NCBI GenBank assembly: GCA_030390025.1
Contig: CM059432.1
Coordinates: 49,168,001-49,232,000, forward strand
Source: Squalus acanthias
Lineage: Eukaryota
DNA length: 64,000 nucleotides
Reading direction: 5' to 3'
How positions within the stretch are numbered: position 1 is the first letter of the stretch; each line of letters opens with the position of its first letter. Of the stretch, positions 27,025 to 40,289 are shown piece by piece. The notes under the pieces are model-generated. The model saw nothing but the letters and a program-made list of their open reading frames with translations. It was not told the origin of the DNA and did no database searches. Position numbers and translations under genes: made by a program.

Positions 27025-29562
27025 CTACAAGATATAGGAGGCTGTGACATCACAAAGAATAAGGATCCCAATCAGATCTATAAAGGCAGCCATCCCTCAT
27101 CTTCCTAAGTGGTAACAAGGAAAGATTAGAATCACATTTGAAAATTCCAACATGAATTTATTGAGGAAAAATATGATCCAGCTTGAAGATAACTTAGCAA
27201 AGCTGGACAGATTCTAAACATGGAAGAAAATATTTAATTGAATTGAACATTCTAAGTCAGGTCTGGGTATCAGTAGGAAGCAAAAACCCAAACGTGCAGG
27301 TCAGAATTATCTAGGTTAGCCTAAGAGAAAGATAAAAGCCAGTGAACTAGAAACAGAAGATGAGATAAAATAACTAAGCTGCTGATGTACAACTACAGTG
27401 CTCATTCCCTCCTGACACCCTCATGCATTATCCAAGATGTATAGAAATAACAGTAGATTTCTGAGGAAAGAAAACCAGCAGAGAGGCAAGAAGAGTGGAA
27501 CGCTCATTTTATTTTTCCATTTTTCTCCCAGATAAATTAAAATTCCCTTTTTTAATTCTCTTTCAAGTCATTTTTACCACAGGAAGCAGAGAACAATGCC
27601 CAAAAGAACTGATGGTGTTAAACACACCTAACATAAACAACTATCAGTAATGCTGCCAGCTAATCTCAGCCTCAGCAAAGGCCAAAAGTAATTTATAATG
27701 CTTTGGAAAAGAGTAGACAAAAAATCTTATTGCCACATGACAGATATCCACCCACGAAGCCTCCAACTACTCTATAATGGAAAACATAATGTCTCTAGCA
27801 ATCAAATGATCCTCAATTCAGTCAGGCTTATGATGTCCATTTTCATCATACCCAAATATCAGTGTCTCCTGGATGCCTAAATATAAGTGCTCTTTCAACA
27901 TCTGCTGAAATTTACAGTCTAAACCTTTCAGATTAGGATGTATCACAACCTCATTAATATGACATGGCAAGGTTACTTTGGATAAAAACTCCAAAGTGGG
28001 CCCCAAAAGTACAATAACCCTGAAAATTAAAAGTACAGTGCATTCACTCTAATAGTCTTTAGCTCCATAATACATTTAGCTAATGTAGATACAGGAGATA
28101 CATATATGAGGTTGAGCCTTTCAGGGGTGGGGTAGGGTGGTGGGGAGTGGGGGGCGGGTGGCAGAATCCAATGGTTCAAAAGAAGTACCTACAAGGACTC
28201 AACACAAATGGAGTGTAAATCTCGGTTATAAACTGTCTTTATCTAAGTTATCTCGAGTGAGAATGCGGGAAAAAATGAGGACAGACTAATGGCTCCCGAC
28301 TGTATGACCACATGCCTCTCTTTGAATACCCTCATAGATGAGGGTGAGGCCTGATCCTTGTAGGTTAGCTCCTTAAGATGGCAGGAAAATTTCAAAAGTA
28401 TAGAATCTTGCCCAATGAGAATTGCAATGCCATTGTGTGCACTATTTATCAAAATAGTTCTAAATGTTTCTAATAAAACCTGAATGGCTGTCTATTAAGT
28501 GAACGGACTGTATTGTACTCTCACGACCCTAGCCTGTCTTTCCTCTTCATTAGCCAGGTAAATTAGCTGCATTTAGTGGGAGTTTTGAAAAAAAAATACT
28601 GATCACTTTTGTAAGGGAGGTCAGACCAGACAGAAGCATAAAGTTAAATGATCCGCTTTCTCACTTCAGTAAATCAGTCTCGTAACCTGTCCAATATTAT
28701 CAACAAATATGTCAGGCAAAATAGAAGATGCATTTGATTTTTGTTTCAGGTGACCCACAAAACAACCATTGGTCCAACTCTCCAAAAAGCTGCGGTGAAG
28801 TTGTTATTTCACTTTCCTGAACAAACCACAATATGTCAGAAAGTACTCCCCTTGTCTGGGACAAAATTCCGTTGCGGTGAAAGGAGAAGTACCCTCTTCC
28901 ACAACAGAACAGTAGAAGTTTGGAAGGCTTGATGAACATGTTTGAATCCTGAAGAAAAAGCCTTTACTACAAAACATAATTATTTCTGCAGCTGCCACTT
29001 AGTTTTCCTCTTCCCTGGTGGCTTATATTAGCCAATTATTTGACAGCAATATATATGGAAGCCCTACCTGGATGACCAGACAGCAGCCACCAGTCCACTG
29101 ATGCCAGGTCAGATACAAGATTCTCTGCAACTTAAATGACAGGTCCACCCAATTTTCATTTTGGGCCTGGAATTTCAGGCACATTGCTTCAAACAAACTG
29201 TGAAACAGGGAACACTAAACTCTTTGGGGGAGAAATTGGGTATCGCCCATTTTGGGGCGCTAATAGCGCCTGAAGCTAATTATCGCCTCCGACTGCAAAA
29301 TTTGCCTCTATCCCCCCTGGAGGTGATTTGAGCGGTAAATCAAGCGCTACACACATCTCTTAAGGCACGAACGTCGGGGAGCGAGGCACTACCTCAAAAC
29401 GTTACCAGACCTCAGGCGATGTCAATTAGCATGGAACCCAGACAGACTGGCGCCGGCTAGTTCTTAAAGGGAAGAGTCCATCTTGCTAGCCAGCCACACC
29501 CTTCTCATTGCAGCGTTGACTCTGGTGCTGGAAAGACCTACCACCATTGTGCTGAGAGGAGT

Positions 29563-31730
29563 GATGGATAGGCCAGGGAGAGAGCTCGTCGCTTTAGCGA
29601 CCAGGCCTTGGTGACTCGGGTTGGCGCTGTTGAGCGGCGACGGGCAGTGCTGTACCCAGAGAATGGCAGGAGGCCATTGCCCCGGGAGTACCGAAGAGTC
29701 TGGAGGGAGGTGGCTCAGCACATCTCCTCAAGGAGCCTGGTGCCGAGGAGTCACACTCAGTGTAGGAAGAAGTTCAACGACCTCACTCGGGTGGTCAGGG
29801 TGAGCGGCTGCTTTTCAATACCTCTACATCCCTCCATCTTAACTTCACTCTGTGCCCAGAGGGTTTAAAAACCCAAATGCCCAGCACTCATCCAAGACCT
29901 ATGGCCATCTTATAAAAGCCACATGCACATTCCACACCTTGCACACAGTAAGGGCTTTTCAACTATGGGAGGCACATCAGGCAAACACAAGGCTGCACAC
30001 ATGAAGGGCTATTCAACTATGGGAGGCGCATCAAGCAAACACAAGGCTGCACACATGAAGGGTTATTCAACTATGGGAGGCGGTTCAGGCAAACACAAGG
30101 CTGCACACATGAAGGGCTATTCAACTATGGGAGGCGGTTCAGGCAAACAAATGATTGTACACATTAAGGGTTAGTCAACTATGGGAGGCACATCAGGCAA
30201 ACACATGGCTGCATACATTAAGGACTATTCAACTATGGGAGGCATATCAGGCAAACACATGGCTGCACAGTCACTCAGCCGCTGGCCTTTTTCTTGCAGG
30301 CCAAGCTTTCTCATAACAGGCGGGAGCAGCAATGCACAGGAGGAAGACTGACTGACCTACAGCCCCTGACCGATTTGGAGGTGAGAGTACACAGGATCGT
30401 TGCCAGCCAGGTCATAGGTGCTGTGGCCGCTGGAGAGGTCGACCTCCTTGGGGACTGCAATGGTATGTTCATCAGCTTTCTCTCCTCTCTCATACCACTT
30501 GCCCCTCACAACACCAGCCTTTTACACTTTCAATCCAACTAACTGTCTCCAGTCCTTGCTCCCTTCCTGCCCCCCTGCCCTCACGCTAAAGCCACTCTTG
30601 TACCTTCCTGCTTTCAGATAGTGAACCACCAGCTGACCAGCCTGTTCCTCAACCTACCAGTGGCAGCGACGTCCCAGGCGAGGAGGAAGAGGAAGCCGGA
30701 GCCTCACCGCCTGCGTCTCCCGAGGGTGACAATTCAGACACTGGGGCTACGCCTTCCCTGGAGGGGAGCAGGGGGGTCGGGTCTGATGAGGGCGAAGCTC
30801 CTGGACCCAGCGGCTGCAGCAAAGCCATGGGGGTAGGGAAGCTCAGGGGCCATCTCCCTGGAGGGTGAGTAGGCAAGCGAGTTCTGCTGCACAGGACTCG
30901 GATGAGGACCTCGACATCGCGGCCATGAATAGCCAGGCCTTGAGCATGCACACTGAGCTCATGGGTTCAATGGCAAGGGTGCCCGAAAGCATGGATGGAC
31001 TGACTAGGAGTGTGGAGGAGTCCGCCGCTAGCACAGCTGCAATCTGTGTGTAAACCCTTGAACCCATCCTTGTCTCATTGCAGAGGATGGTGGAATTCCA
31101 GGGAGACCATGGTGAACCAGAGCCCATGCCACGTGTAATGGGTGAGGTGGCAGGATCCATTGCAGCACAGGCTGACGCAACGCAACGGCTTAGTGCTGCA
31201 ATTGAGTCATTGGCTGGTGCCATCAAGTCTCAGACTGCTCTCATGCAGTCTTAGATTGATGTCACGCAAGCACTGACTGCTGCCATCCTCACTGGTTCGC
31301 CCACAGGGGATCTGACGGTACCGCAGCAGGCCAGCAATCTGTGCTTGAGCAGATTGCTCCGGATGCTAAGGTGCTGCCCCGTGGGAGTGGCAGTGTGTTG
31401 GTCGAGCAGGAAGGTGCTGTCATCTCTCAGGATGACAGCATTCCTGCTCCCACCACTGCCATTTCCCTATTGCACTTGGCACGGCCTGCAACACAGCCAG
31501 CCCAGACTGCTGCCGCCCATGCAGAGTTGGTGCAGTCTGCAGCCGATCCCTCCAGGCCCAGAGCTGGTCGAGGGCGTCCTTCAAGGTCATCAACAGGCTC
31601 TGGATCCAGCATTCAGCAGCCTTTCGCCAGCCTTGATGCAGCCACTGGGGCTACATTACGGAGGAGCAGTAGGGTGGGAAGGGGGGAAGTGCGCAGAGGA
31701 TGGGGATCACCCTCGAAGGCCCAACAGTAG
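29563..31730 (+). pseudogene. Harbinger Myb/SANT-like DNA-binding protein gene, 3 exons (~29563-29799, 30300-30462, 30619-31730), disrupted
   Basis: RRAVLYP..WREVAQHISSRSLVPRSHTQCRKKFNDL; GT-AG sites AGG|gtgag, ttgcag|GCC, ATG|gtatg, tttcag|ATA; frameshifts and stops. Confidence 0.85.
29941..30270. repeat. 54-bp minisatellite, six units, in intron 1 of the Myb-like gene
   Basis: Unit starts at 29941, 29995, 30049, 30103, 30157, 30211 (and partial at 30265). Confidence 0.95.
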
Positions 31731-31889
31731 GATGTGTAAATAAATGGGGGGGATGTTTGTGGGAAAGTTCAAGGTTCTTGTTATTATATTTGTTTAGTGT
31801 TTTGCCGTTTATCTCCATGTTGTGAGAACGAGTTTTGTTAGTTCATGATTTGTTGTGTTGGTTTCTAATTGTTTGTCCTGAATAAATGA

Positions 31890-31991
31890 AAATGAGAAGT
31901 CGCACAACACCAGGTTATAGTCCAACAGATTTATTTAATTTTATAAGCTTTCGGAGCTGTCGCTCCTTCCTCAGGTAAGTTAGCAGTGAGA
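31890..31991 (-). mobile_element. 102-bp Penelope family-A terminal fragment with hammerhead motif (31941-31978)
   Basis: Matches 4096-4186; 10-bp direct repeat GAATAAATGA at 31880-31889 and 31992-32001. Confidence 0.85.
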
Positions 31992-32147
31992 GAATAAATG
32001 ACACAGAGTTTGTAATATAAATATATTTTTTTATTCTAACTTTACATATTTGGTCATTTGACTCATTGCAGCTTTGCCCGGTAATAAGGGGTGCGGGATG
32101 CTTTCCATGTGCTTCTTCATCCCAGAAGCCATCTTCTCAGTAAGGGC

Positions 32148-33312
32148 TTAGAATCGGTGTCTTATGAGCCGTTCACGGACGGCCCTTGCAGTGGCAACAT
32201 TGTGCGCCTCCCTCCCACATTGGTGCGGCTGATCCTCCTCTTTATCCTCCTCCTCCTCCTCCTCTCCCTCTTCCTCCTCCTCAGGTGGTGCACCAATCCT
32301 TGGTGGCAATGGCTGGGTCCTCATAATTGCAATGTTATGTACCATGCAGCACACAACAATGAAAAGGGAGACTCGCTCGGGAGAGCACTGCAGGGCTCCT
32401 CCTGAGTGGTCAAGACACCGGAACCGTTGCTTCAAGACGCCGATCGTCTGCTCAATCAGGTTCCTGGTGGCGCTATGGCTCTCATTATACTACAGCTCGG
32501 CAGGGGTGTTGGGGTTACAGAGCAGTGTCATCAGCCAGGTGCAGAGTGGATAACCCTTGTCCCCTAGGAGCCATCCACTTGGCTGATACGGTGCCTGGAA
32601 AAGGTCTGCCACACCAGTCTGGCGCAGGATGAAAACATCGTGGCTGCTGCCAGGATAGCGGGCATTGACGGCGAGTATGAGCTGTCTGTGGTCACAGACC
32701 AACTGGACATTTAAAGAGTGGAAGCCCTTGCAGTTTCAGAAGATCTCTGTATTTTCATGCGGTACCCGCAATGCCACATGCATGCAGTCAATGGCGCCCT
32801 GAACCACAGGGAAGCCCGCTATCCTCGCAAAGCCATAGGCGTGTTCGCGCTGTTTGTCCTGGGTCATGGGGAAAGAGATGTACAGGCGTCTACTCTTATA
32901 CAGAGCAATTGTCACCTCCCGGATGCAACAATGGACAGCGAACTGCGAGATATTCGCTATGTCCCCAGTAGAAGCTTGAAAGGAGTCGCTGGCATAAAAA
33001 TTCAGAGCCACCGTCACCTTCACTGCCACCGACAGACATCGTGGCCCTGAGCTGAGGCTGCAGATCTGGTTGCAGGAGGTGGTAGAGCTCTGTGATCACC
33101 TCCTTGCTGAAGCGCAGCCTTTGGAAACACTGCTCCTCGGACAAATGAATGTATGAGAATTGCTCCCGGAATATCCTGGGTGGGTAAGGTCTCCTGTGCA
33201 GAGGCCTGTTGGCCCTCCTCCCTCTGGCTACGTTTGCCACTCTCTCTCTATGCCTCTGCTGCCTCCGATTGTGCAGCAGGACGATGACGCCCCGAGTTAG
33301 TGCAGCCCCCAT
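32148..33312 (-). pseudogene. Harbinger DDE transposase (HARBI1-like family), frameshifted
   Basis: [26 protein letters not shown] and RNLIEQTIG motifs split over four ORFs. Confidence 0.93.
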
Positions 33313-34964
33313 AGAAGCTTCTAAATATCGTTAGAAGGAAGGTAAAACAAAAATTAACCTCCAAAATGATTCTCAGAACCCAAAACTCCTTCGGACGGCA
33401 TTGAATCTCTGCAGACGTCTCTCTCCCTCTCAACCTGCGTGTTCCAAAAATTTCGCCGACAAGAAAAGGCAGGAAGCGGCCTCCTTTAAATAGCGCTCCC
33501 TTCAGACCCTTCCCGAGTTGAAAACGTTCCCCTCTACCTGTCGTTCCTAGCGGCAGGCGGAAAGGCAGGGGGCGCAACTCAATATCCTGTCCGGGGTACT
33601 ACTGAGGCGTTGCACCCTCGACTGACGTCACGATCTGTGGGCGCAGGAGATCGTGGCGGTAGTGTTTAGCGCTGCCGCAAAACGACTGGTCAATTTCGCG
33701 AGCGGCGCTAAAATCGACGTGCTCGGGCGCTAAGTTCCTAGCGGCCCCCGGAGGCAATAACGGGAGGCGCTAACCAACCAAATTTTCCCCCCCTTAAGCC
33801 TTACATCTCTATTACTGTAACACATATATAATACAACTAAAAATGCACATCTCCAACAGGATTATTCTGGAGAAACATGACTGTCTCATCCTTGCAACTA
33901 GCCAGCACACATTAGCCTCTTCTTAGCACTTTATTAGTTTGTTGTTTACTAATTAAGATCATGTCCACTGCTCTTGCTCTTTCTAGTCAGAACAAATAAT
34001 TAAGGACACACTTTCCTTAATAATGAAAAATACTTAAATCATGTGCCCCTTCGCCCTTGCTAATGAGAGTAGGCCTGGACTAAATGAAGTCTGTTCATAC
34101 CACAACAATTTAAGACAACATGCATCAATATGCCTCCTGGCTGATGTACCTCAGTCCTCGAAGCTTTTTTTTGTGTTATTTTTTTACTCAAGGTGAGGGA
34201 TGTTAGTGCCCTGTGAATGGAACACTTTCATATTTTAGGCTCCCGGTGTCAAAATCAAACTGTCCCAGTTAACTGCAGATTCAAACTCTCCTGACAACAG
34301 AAAATCACTCAACTGCACCAGTATGATATTTAGGGCAGTTTTGTGCTGCAGGTGCATATCCACCAGAAACTGCATTGAAACTACTTTGCAACTAGCTGGC
34401 AAAGGAAACTTTCATCTCAGCAGTCTGGGCTAGATTTGAAGGCAGGTCCTACAGGTAATGTCTAACCTTCAACACCACCTCATCATCCTCTATTCCTTTA
34501 GAATTTACTGTACTTATTTCCCAATGTAATACAGCAAGATACATTAGACATTGTAGGATGAACACTTCAAATATCTGGTGATGCAACACTTCATTCTTTC
34601 TGCATTATTTATGGCTGCTTTGTGCTGTGGTACTATTTCAAGGAATCTTCCATTATAGACTTGTTACCTTGTGCTACTTTCAAGGCATTCGTTTTTCTTT
34701 TCATATTTTTATATCTTTTCAGACCTATGGACATTATTTTGCATTTATCAACACTGAATGTTATTGGAAAATTATTGGTTTGTGGGATAATTTTCTTTAC
34801 ATTTCTTTGAATAGGATCTACTTTCACCATAGATACTGCTTTCTCACACAAATTTTGCAGCCAAATTTACTTATAGTCCCTTCAAGGTCATTTACGATGA
34901 TTATGCACTACCAACCGGTAAGGATTGTGGAACGTTGTTCATTACACATTTTTATAATCACTTT

Positions 34965-35618
34965 GGAGTAAAAATTGGGTAGCGCCCCGTTTGAGCGCCC
35001 TGAAAAAGTTAGCGCCCCCGCGGCCGATTTTCCCAGGTAGCGCCCCGAGAGGGAGGAGGGGCGCTACTGGAAGCACCCCGCATCCCTCTTGGGGCTCTGC
35101 GAGGGAATATCGCGACGCTACGGCACATCGCGCCGTGGTACTACAGGCCTTCCTCCCCTTATTAAAGGGGAGGGGCCTGGCGCAGCGCGTCCCGGCGCCC
35201 AGCTGGCCCACCAGGGATCGAGAGTGCCTGCAAATGAACCCGGCACTCAAGAGGAGTGCCGGGCTCACGGAGAGCAGCCGGCACCCCGCGGGGAGGCTTC
35301 AAGGGGGCCGGGGACAGCAACGGGGGCAGGTGCTGGCAGGCGGTCAGCAACAAAAATGGCCGCCCGCCACCTCCCCTTTAACTAACGCCACAGGTAGGCC
35401 CCCCTGATCCCAGCGGACGTAGCGTCCGGCGGTAAGTCGGGGAGGCGCCACCCAAAATTACAGCCGGGGTGCGAGCGGGGTGCTGCGCACGGCGATGGCG
35501 TCATTGCCGGCGGCGCAGCACCACGCAGTGCTAACGGTTACCGCCACCGCTAACCTCCCGCTTAATTTCGCCTCTTAGGGCACTAACGGGAGGCGCAAAT
35601 CAACCAAATTTAGCCCCC
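34965..35618. mobile_element. Harbinger MITE (family I)
   Basis: TIRs GGAGTAAAAATTGGGT / GGGGGCTAAATTTGGT; TSD TTT. Confidence 0.85.
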
Positions 35619-36353
35619 TTTATGTTTTTTGTTATGCAGCCAAAATTCAATACATTGTTATTTTGTACTTCGGCATACAGGCCCAAAATTCACGGCCCTA
35701 CTGGTGCAGTCCTGCCATAACTCACGGGAGCACCAGAAATTAGGCCAGGACCCGGCAACGCTGACTCCTGGCCTTCTCTGCTAGTTTACACCCCCAAATT
35801 GGTCCCCCCGTGTCCAGGGGAACATGACCAGGGGTGGAAGGAAGAATTCCTTCACCCCCGGCCTGGCATAAAAGTGACAGGCTGGTATTCTGAATGAGAG
35901 TATGCTGCCAGCTAGTGGAAGTGAAGCCCATCTGGGGCTCCAGGCCTGAATTGTGGTTTAGATTGTAAAAGATCTTAAGAACTTGAGCACAATATTTGGG
36001 GCCAATGGGCACATAAGCCATCTTTCCGAGGTAGCACTGGTTTCTACCCCCGTCATATTTTGTATCCTCTCCCTTTGCCAGGCACCCAAGATGACCACCG
36101 AGTGACATAGGAACACACCCAGTTTATTTAATTGAGGTGGCCTCCCCCCACCCTGCAAAACTTTGGCAGGTTCAGCACTGATGGTCACCAGTGGGAGGTG
36201 CATCCTGGCACTTACGCTGTGATGCACGGCTGATAGATTTCTGGGATCATATTTGTTATAAGTCTTTGTAAACAAATATATATTGCTCTACACTAAAGTT
36301 CAAGAATCCCAATAAATTTATGATACACAACCTCACTTTCCTTAATCTATACT

Positions 36354-37527
36354 GGCCCGGAGTTTGTGGTGGAAATGACAGCTTATCCCTCTGAAACTGA
36401 TCTTAACTTCAGGATTTAGCATATGCACAGCTAAACACAGAAATTCTGAAGTTGCGGCCTGTCATTCACAGCTCCGACACAGGCTGCAATGTAGACCGCC
36501 ACCCCCACCCCCCAACCCCAGCCAGCAATCATTGAAATAGAAACATAGAAACATAGAAACTAGGAGCAGGAGTAGGCCATTCGGCCCGTCGAGCCTGCTC
36601 CACCATTCAATACGATCATGGCTGATCATCCAAATCCATTACCCTGTCCCTGCTTTCCCACACAGAATCCCCATCGAGCCTGCACCGACACATATCCCAC
36701 CCTATCCCCGTAACCCCACGTATTTAATTCCCCCTAACATATCCCATCCTATCCCCGTAACCCCACATATTTAATCCCCCCCTAACACTAAGGGTCAATT
36801 TATCATAGCCAAATCAACCTAACCCGCACATTTTTGGACTGTGGGAGGAAACCGGAGCACCCGGAGGAAACCCACGCAGACACGGGGAGAATGTGCAAAC
36901 TCCACACAGACAGTCACCCGAGGTCAGATTCGAACCCGGGTCCCTGGCGCTGTGAGGCACCAGTGCTAACCACTATGCCACTGAAGAAAACTTAAGCTTT
37001 TCTACGCTATTATCACTGTTAAACACCCCATTAAATGTTAAGCCTTGTTGTAATAGGTGTAACTGGGGTTTTAACAGCGTATTGACTGCTAAACAACCGT
37101 TCTGGCCCTAAAAAGCTAATTTTTATATTAGTGGAATGTCAAATTTTTCCATTGTGATAAAAACTATTAGATTTGAAAAATATATATTTTTTAAAGTTTG
37201 TTCATATTTCAGCTTCTCCCTTAACCCCATGTGTATGTCCCAATCTTTATTTCGCTCTTGGTAACATTTTTAAAAAGGGCAGATAATCAGTGCTTTTTAT
37301 TTCCTGGTTTGCTCTCTGTGAGAATTCTTCAATGTGATTGGCTGCTTAGACAGCTTGATGACATTACTGCTGCCCTGTGCTGGAGTTCCCCTTTTAACAG
37401 CACTACAATCAACTTCACGTCGAGGAAGTTAAAGTTCTCACCAGAGTTCATGAGATCTCTGTGGGCAGCTTTCTTCAAGGTCAGTGGCGATTGCCGTTGT
37501 TTCGCCGCTGACCATAATTTACGGGCC
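36354..37527. mobile_element. MITE-like element with nested HE1 SINE
   Basis: Ends GGCCCGGAGTTT / GGCCCGTAAATT; no clean TSD. Confidence 0.55.
36538..36982 (-). mobile_element. Full-length HE1-type V-SINE (tRNA head, V-domain, CR1-derived tail)
   Basis: A box TGGCATAGTGG, B box GGTTCGAATC, V-domain ctgtgtggagtttgcacattctccccgtgtctgcgtgggtttcctccggg, tail (tttctatg)n shared with CR1 3' ends. Confidence 0.92.
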
Positions 37528-37690
37528 ATCATCATTATCATATCCAACCTGAACAGTTTATCAAGAACAGTGCTAAAATATTCCATGGCCTCCTTTTGAC
37601 CGTGGAGATATATGTTTACTATTGGTAAGAGTGCTCATTTCACTTCACAATCCAGAGAATCTCTTGTTAAACTGATAAATTGGACTTTAC

Positions 37691-37764
37691 CTGGTTACGA
37701 CAGTCCTCTGCTGCACTAACATCACCCTAGCAATGACCAACCAAGGGTTTACATGATCACTATA
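37691..37764 (-). other. Candidate host exon (74 nt; open frame YSDHVNPWLVIARVMLVQQRTVVT)
   Basis: tcctacag| acceptor and CAG|gtaaag donor; phase-compatible with 26956-27024. Confidence 0.45.
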
Positions 37765-38804
37765 CTGTAGGATAATCTAGACTACCATAAGATCTGTCTA
37801 AACTTTGCAAAAATGGAATTGCTGCCATGTACAAGTGCACAAAACAAACCATAATACTCACCACATTTATCTTAGAAAAGAGTTGTTATATCAGATCATG
37901 TCAAAAGATATAAATCACGTAGGCTGCGCTTGCCATTATTGTACATTTTTAATTTGATCATTGTTTGTACTTCTCAAAGTATGCTCCAATTATAAAATGC
38001 TCAGTCTTTTAGATCAAGTAAAATATGTGCACCAGCCTGCATCAATCATATCCAAACAGCTGTGTAGGCTGCAAACAGCAAAGGATAAAAATTGGGACTG
38101 TGGTGGAGAATTAACCAAAAGCAACATTCCTCACTAACACTTCAATATACATTTTGATAAAAGAGAAGCATCAGACAGGTTTAGATGCTGTTGAAGTTTG
38201 TCAGAATTAATTGCTGCTATGTTTAAACACAGCCTTGAGCCCCAATTTTCTACCGACTGTAATTTCAAATGCTACACCTGCAATAATAACCCCTTTATGT
38301 GTGCAGCATGTGAAGCCATGAGGGAAACAGAATTTTGCAACATAATTTCGCATAAAAATAAAAGGCTACTATGAAAAAAAGCAATTGCAAAGACAGTACT
38401 CAATAGTTAGCAAATGGCTCCCCGATGGTTGCTTCTTCCCGCACATAATGTCCTGTTTCTGTTGGGGCAATTTGCAATGGGGTTGGAAATTGCAAGTACA
38501 TAGGTTAAAAGCAGACAGCATTTGCATGTTGTGACAAACATAGCCTTGCAATGTAAATACTATTGCCAGTGTATTGATAATCTATAAATCACAGTGTTAG
38601 GTGTGGCTCAGTTGGTAGCACTCTCGCCTCTGAGTCAGAAGAGCATGGGTTCAAGTTTCACTCCAGAGACTTGAGCACAAAATCTAGGTTGACACTCCAG
38701 TGCAGGACTGAGGAAACACAAAATCGGAGGTGCCGTCTTTCGGATGAGACGTTAAGCGAAGGCTCGTCTGCCTTCTCAGGTGAACATAAAAGATCTCGAG
38801 ACAT

Positions 38805-40153
38805 GGGGGCAATTTTAACCCAAAAAACGGGTGGGTTGGGGTTGGGAATTTTCACAGGAAAAAATGGGTGGGTTGGAGGTGGGGGTAAAGTAAAAGTTGG
38901 AAAAATCTAATCCTCTCCAGGGGATCGCGACTCAGACCCCCATATCCCCTCTCCCAGGGATCGATCTCATCCCACCGGGGTTGGGGATCGGACCCCTCCC
39001 CAGACTTTCCCCTCCATGGGCTGAGACTCCCCCCGGACTTGGAAAACCCCCCCCCCCCCGATCACCTGGACCCAGCACTTACCTGTTGCTGCGGTGTCCA
39101 GTCTGCGTTTCCCGCCCGTCTGGAAGCCAGCCTGTCAATCAGGCTGAATTCTAGGCGCCTAACCCGCCCATTACATCACACGCACGCTGTGGAGTTAACC
39201 ATGTGGGGAAAACCAGATCCGGGTTTCCAACCATCTGCCGCATCCCCCCATACCGTTCGGGTGGGAAACGGGAAAATCGGGGCCTGTTTAAAGTCTGAAT
39301 CCCAATCCCAACCCGCCTCCATCCTGTCCACTTCCAGTTTAACAGAGGCGGGACGGGGGAGGGGCGGGCAGCCAACCCGCTCCCAGGAGGCCGGTTGCCT
39401 TCTTAAATATTATAATGAGGCTGCCATGCCTCTGATTTAACCACCATTTTAAATTTAACTGTAGCTGGTTGAGTTTTGCAGGCCTCGTGAAACCCACCAG
39501 CTAAAGTAAGGTGAGGACTGCTGGATCCAGGAGGTAAGAGCCTTTACACTTACCTCCTGGATCCAGTGTCCCTGCCTAATCCCTGCGAGGCGTCCAAGGG
39601 TTCCCCCCCAACCCCATGCTCCTCCGGCCCCCCAATCATGCTGCTCTGGCCACCCGATGATCACCTGGCCTCCCAATCAGTCGCTCCCGGTCCTCCGATG
39701 CTCACCAAGCAGCCCACCCCCCGCACCTACAATGCTCATGCGCATCCACCCAGCCCCCTCCCCCACTCCTCTGCCCCTCCCACAGTCACGAACAACCCCC
39801 ACCCCCCCCATAGCTCCTCCAATCAGCTGCTCCTGCCCCCGATTGGTCCCGACCCCCCCACCTCGCTCCGCTGGTCCTCCCTGTGCTCCTATGGACCACT
39901 CCCCCTCCCCCCACAACTGACAACCCACTCTGGCCCCCAAGCGATCCCTCCCTCCCTCCTCTCTGTGGCCTAGTGCCTTAGGCCTACCCACCTGCAGCCA
40001 GCCAGCTTCTCAATCTGGCTGCAGGTGGGAAACAGTGGTTTCCAATGCAAATCAGGCCCAGCCATTAAATTCGGCCGGGCCTGTGGAAAAAAATGTTCTC
40101 CTGAGCCCCCCCTCCACCGCTCGCAATCCACCTCCCGATTAAAATGCAGGCCA
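38805..40153. mobile_element. Two adjacent GC-rich Harbinger-type MITEs (family II)
   Basis: Start gggggcaattttaacc, internal end aaaatcggggcc (~39283), end ttaaaatgcaggcc. Confidence 0.7.
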
Positions 40154-40289
40154 TTATTTTGAAGAAGAACTGGGGAATATTCCCTGGTGTTGTGGCCAAT
40201 ATTTATCTCTCAGCCCAACATCATTAAAAAACAGATTATCTGATCATTATCACATTGTTGTTCGTGGGAGTCTGCTGTGCGAAAAATGT

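Larger units (their letters stand above)
29226..33792. mobile_element. Full-length but defective PIF/Harbinger transposon (family I)
   Basis: Imperfect TIRs GGGGGAGAAATTGGGT / GGGGGGAAAATTTGGT; flanks TTT/CTT; convergent Myb-like and transposase genes. Confidence 0.92.

Noticed and set aside
28750..28795. Plus-strand exon after ttgtttcag acceptor
   Set aside because: Only a weak donor (gtgaag) and no recognisable peptide.
29941..30270. CRISPR-like array or repeat protein (ORF 29923..30174)
   Set aside because: Head-to-tail units without unique spacers, no cas genes, eukaryotic context; lies in a GT-AG intron.
29563..33312. Domesticated host genes HARBI1/NAIF1
   Set aside because: Frameshifts, stops, TIRs and several paralogous decayed copies in the window indicate transposons.
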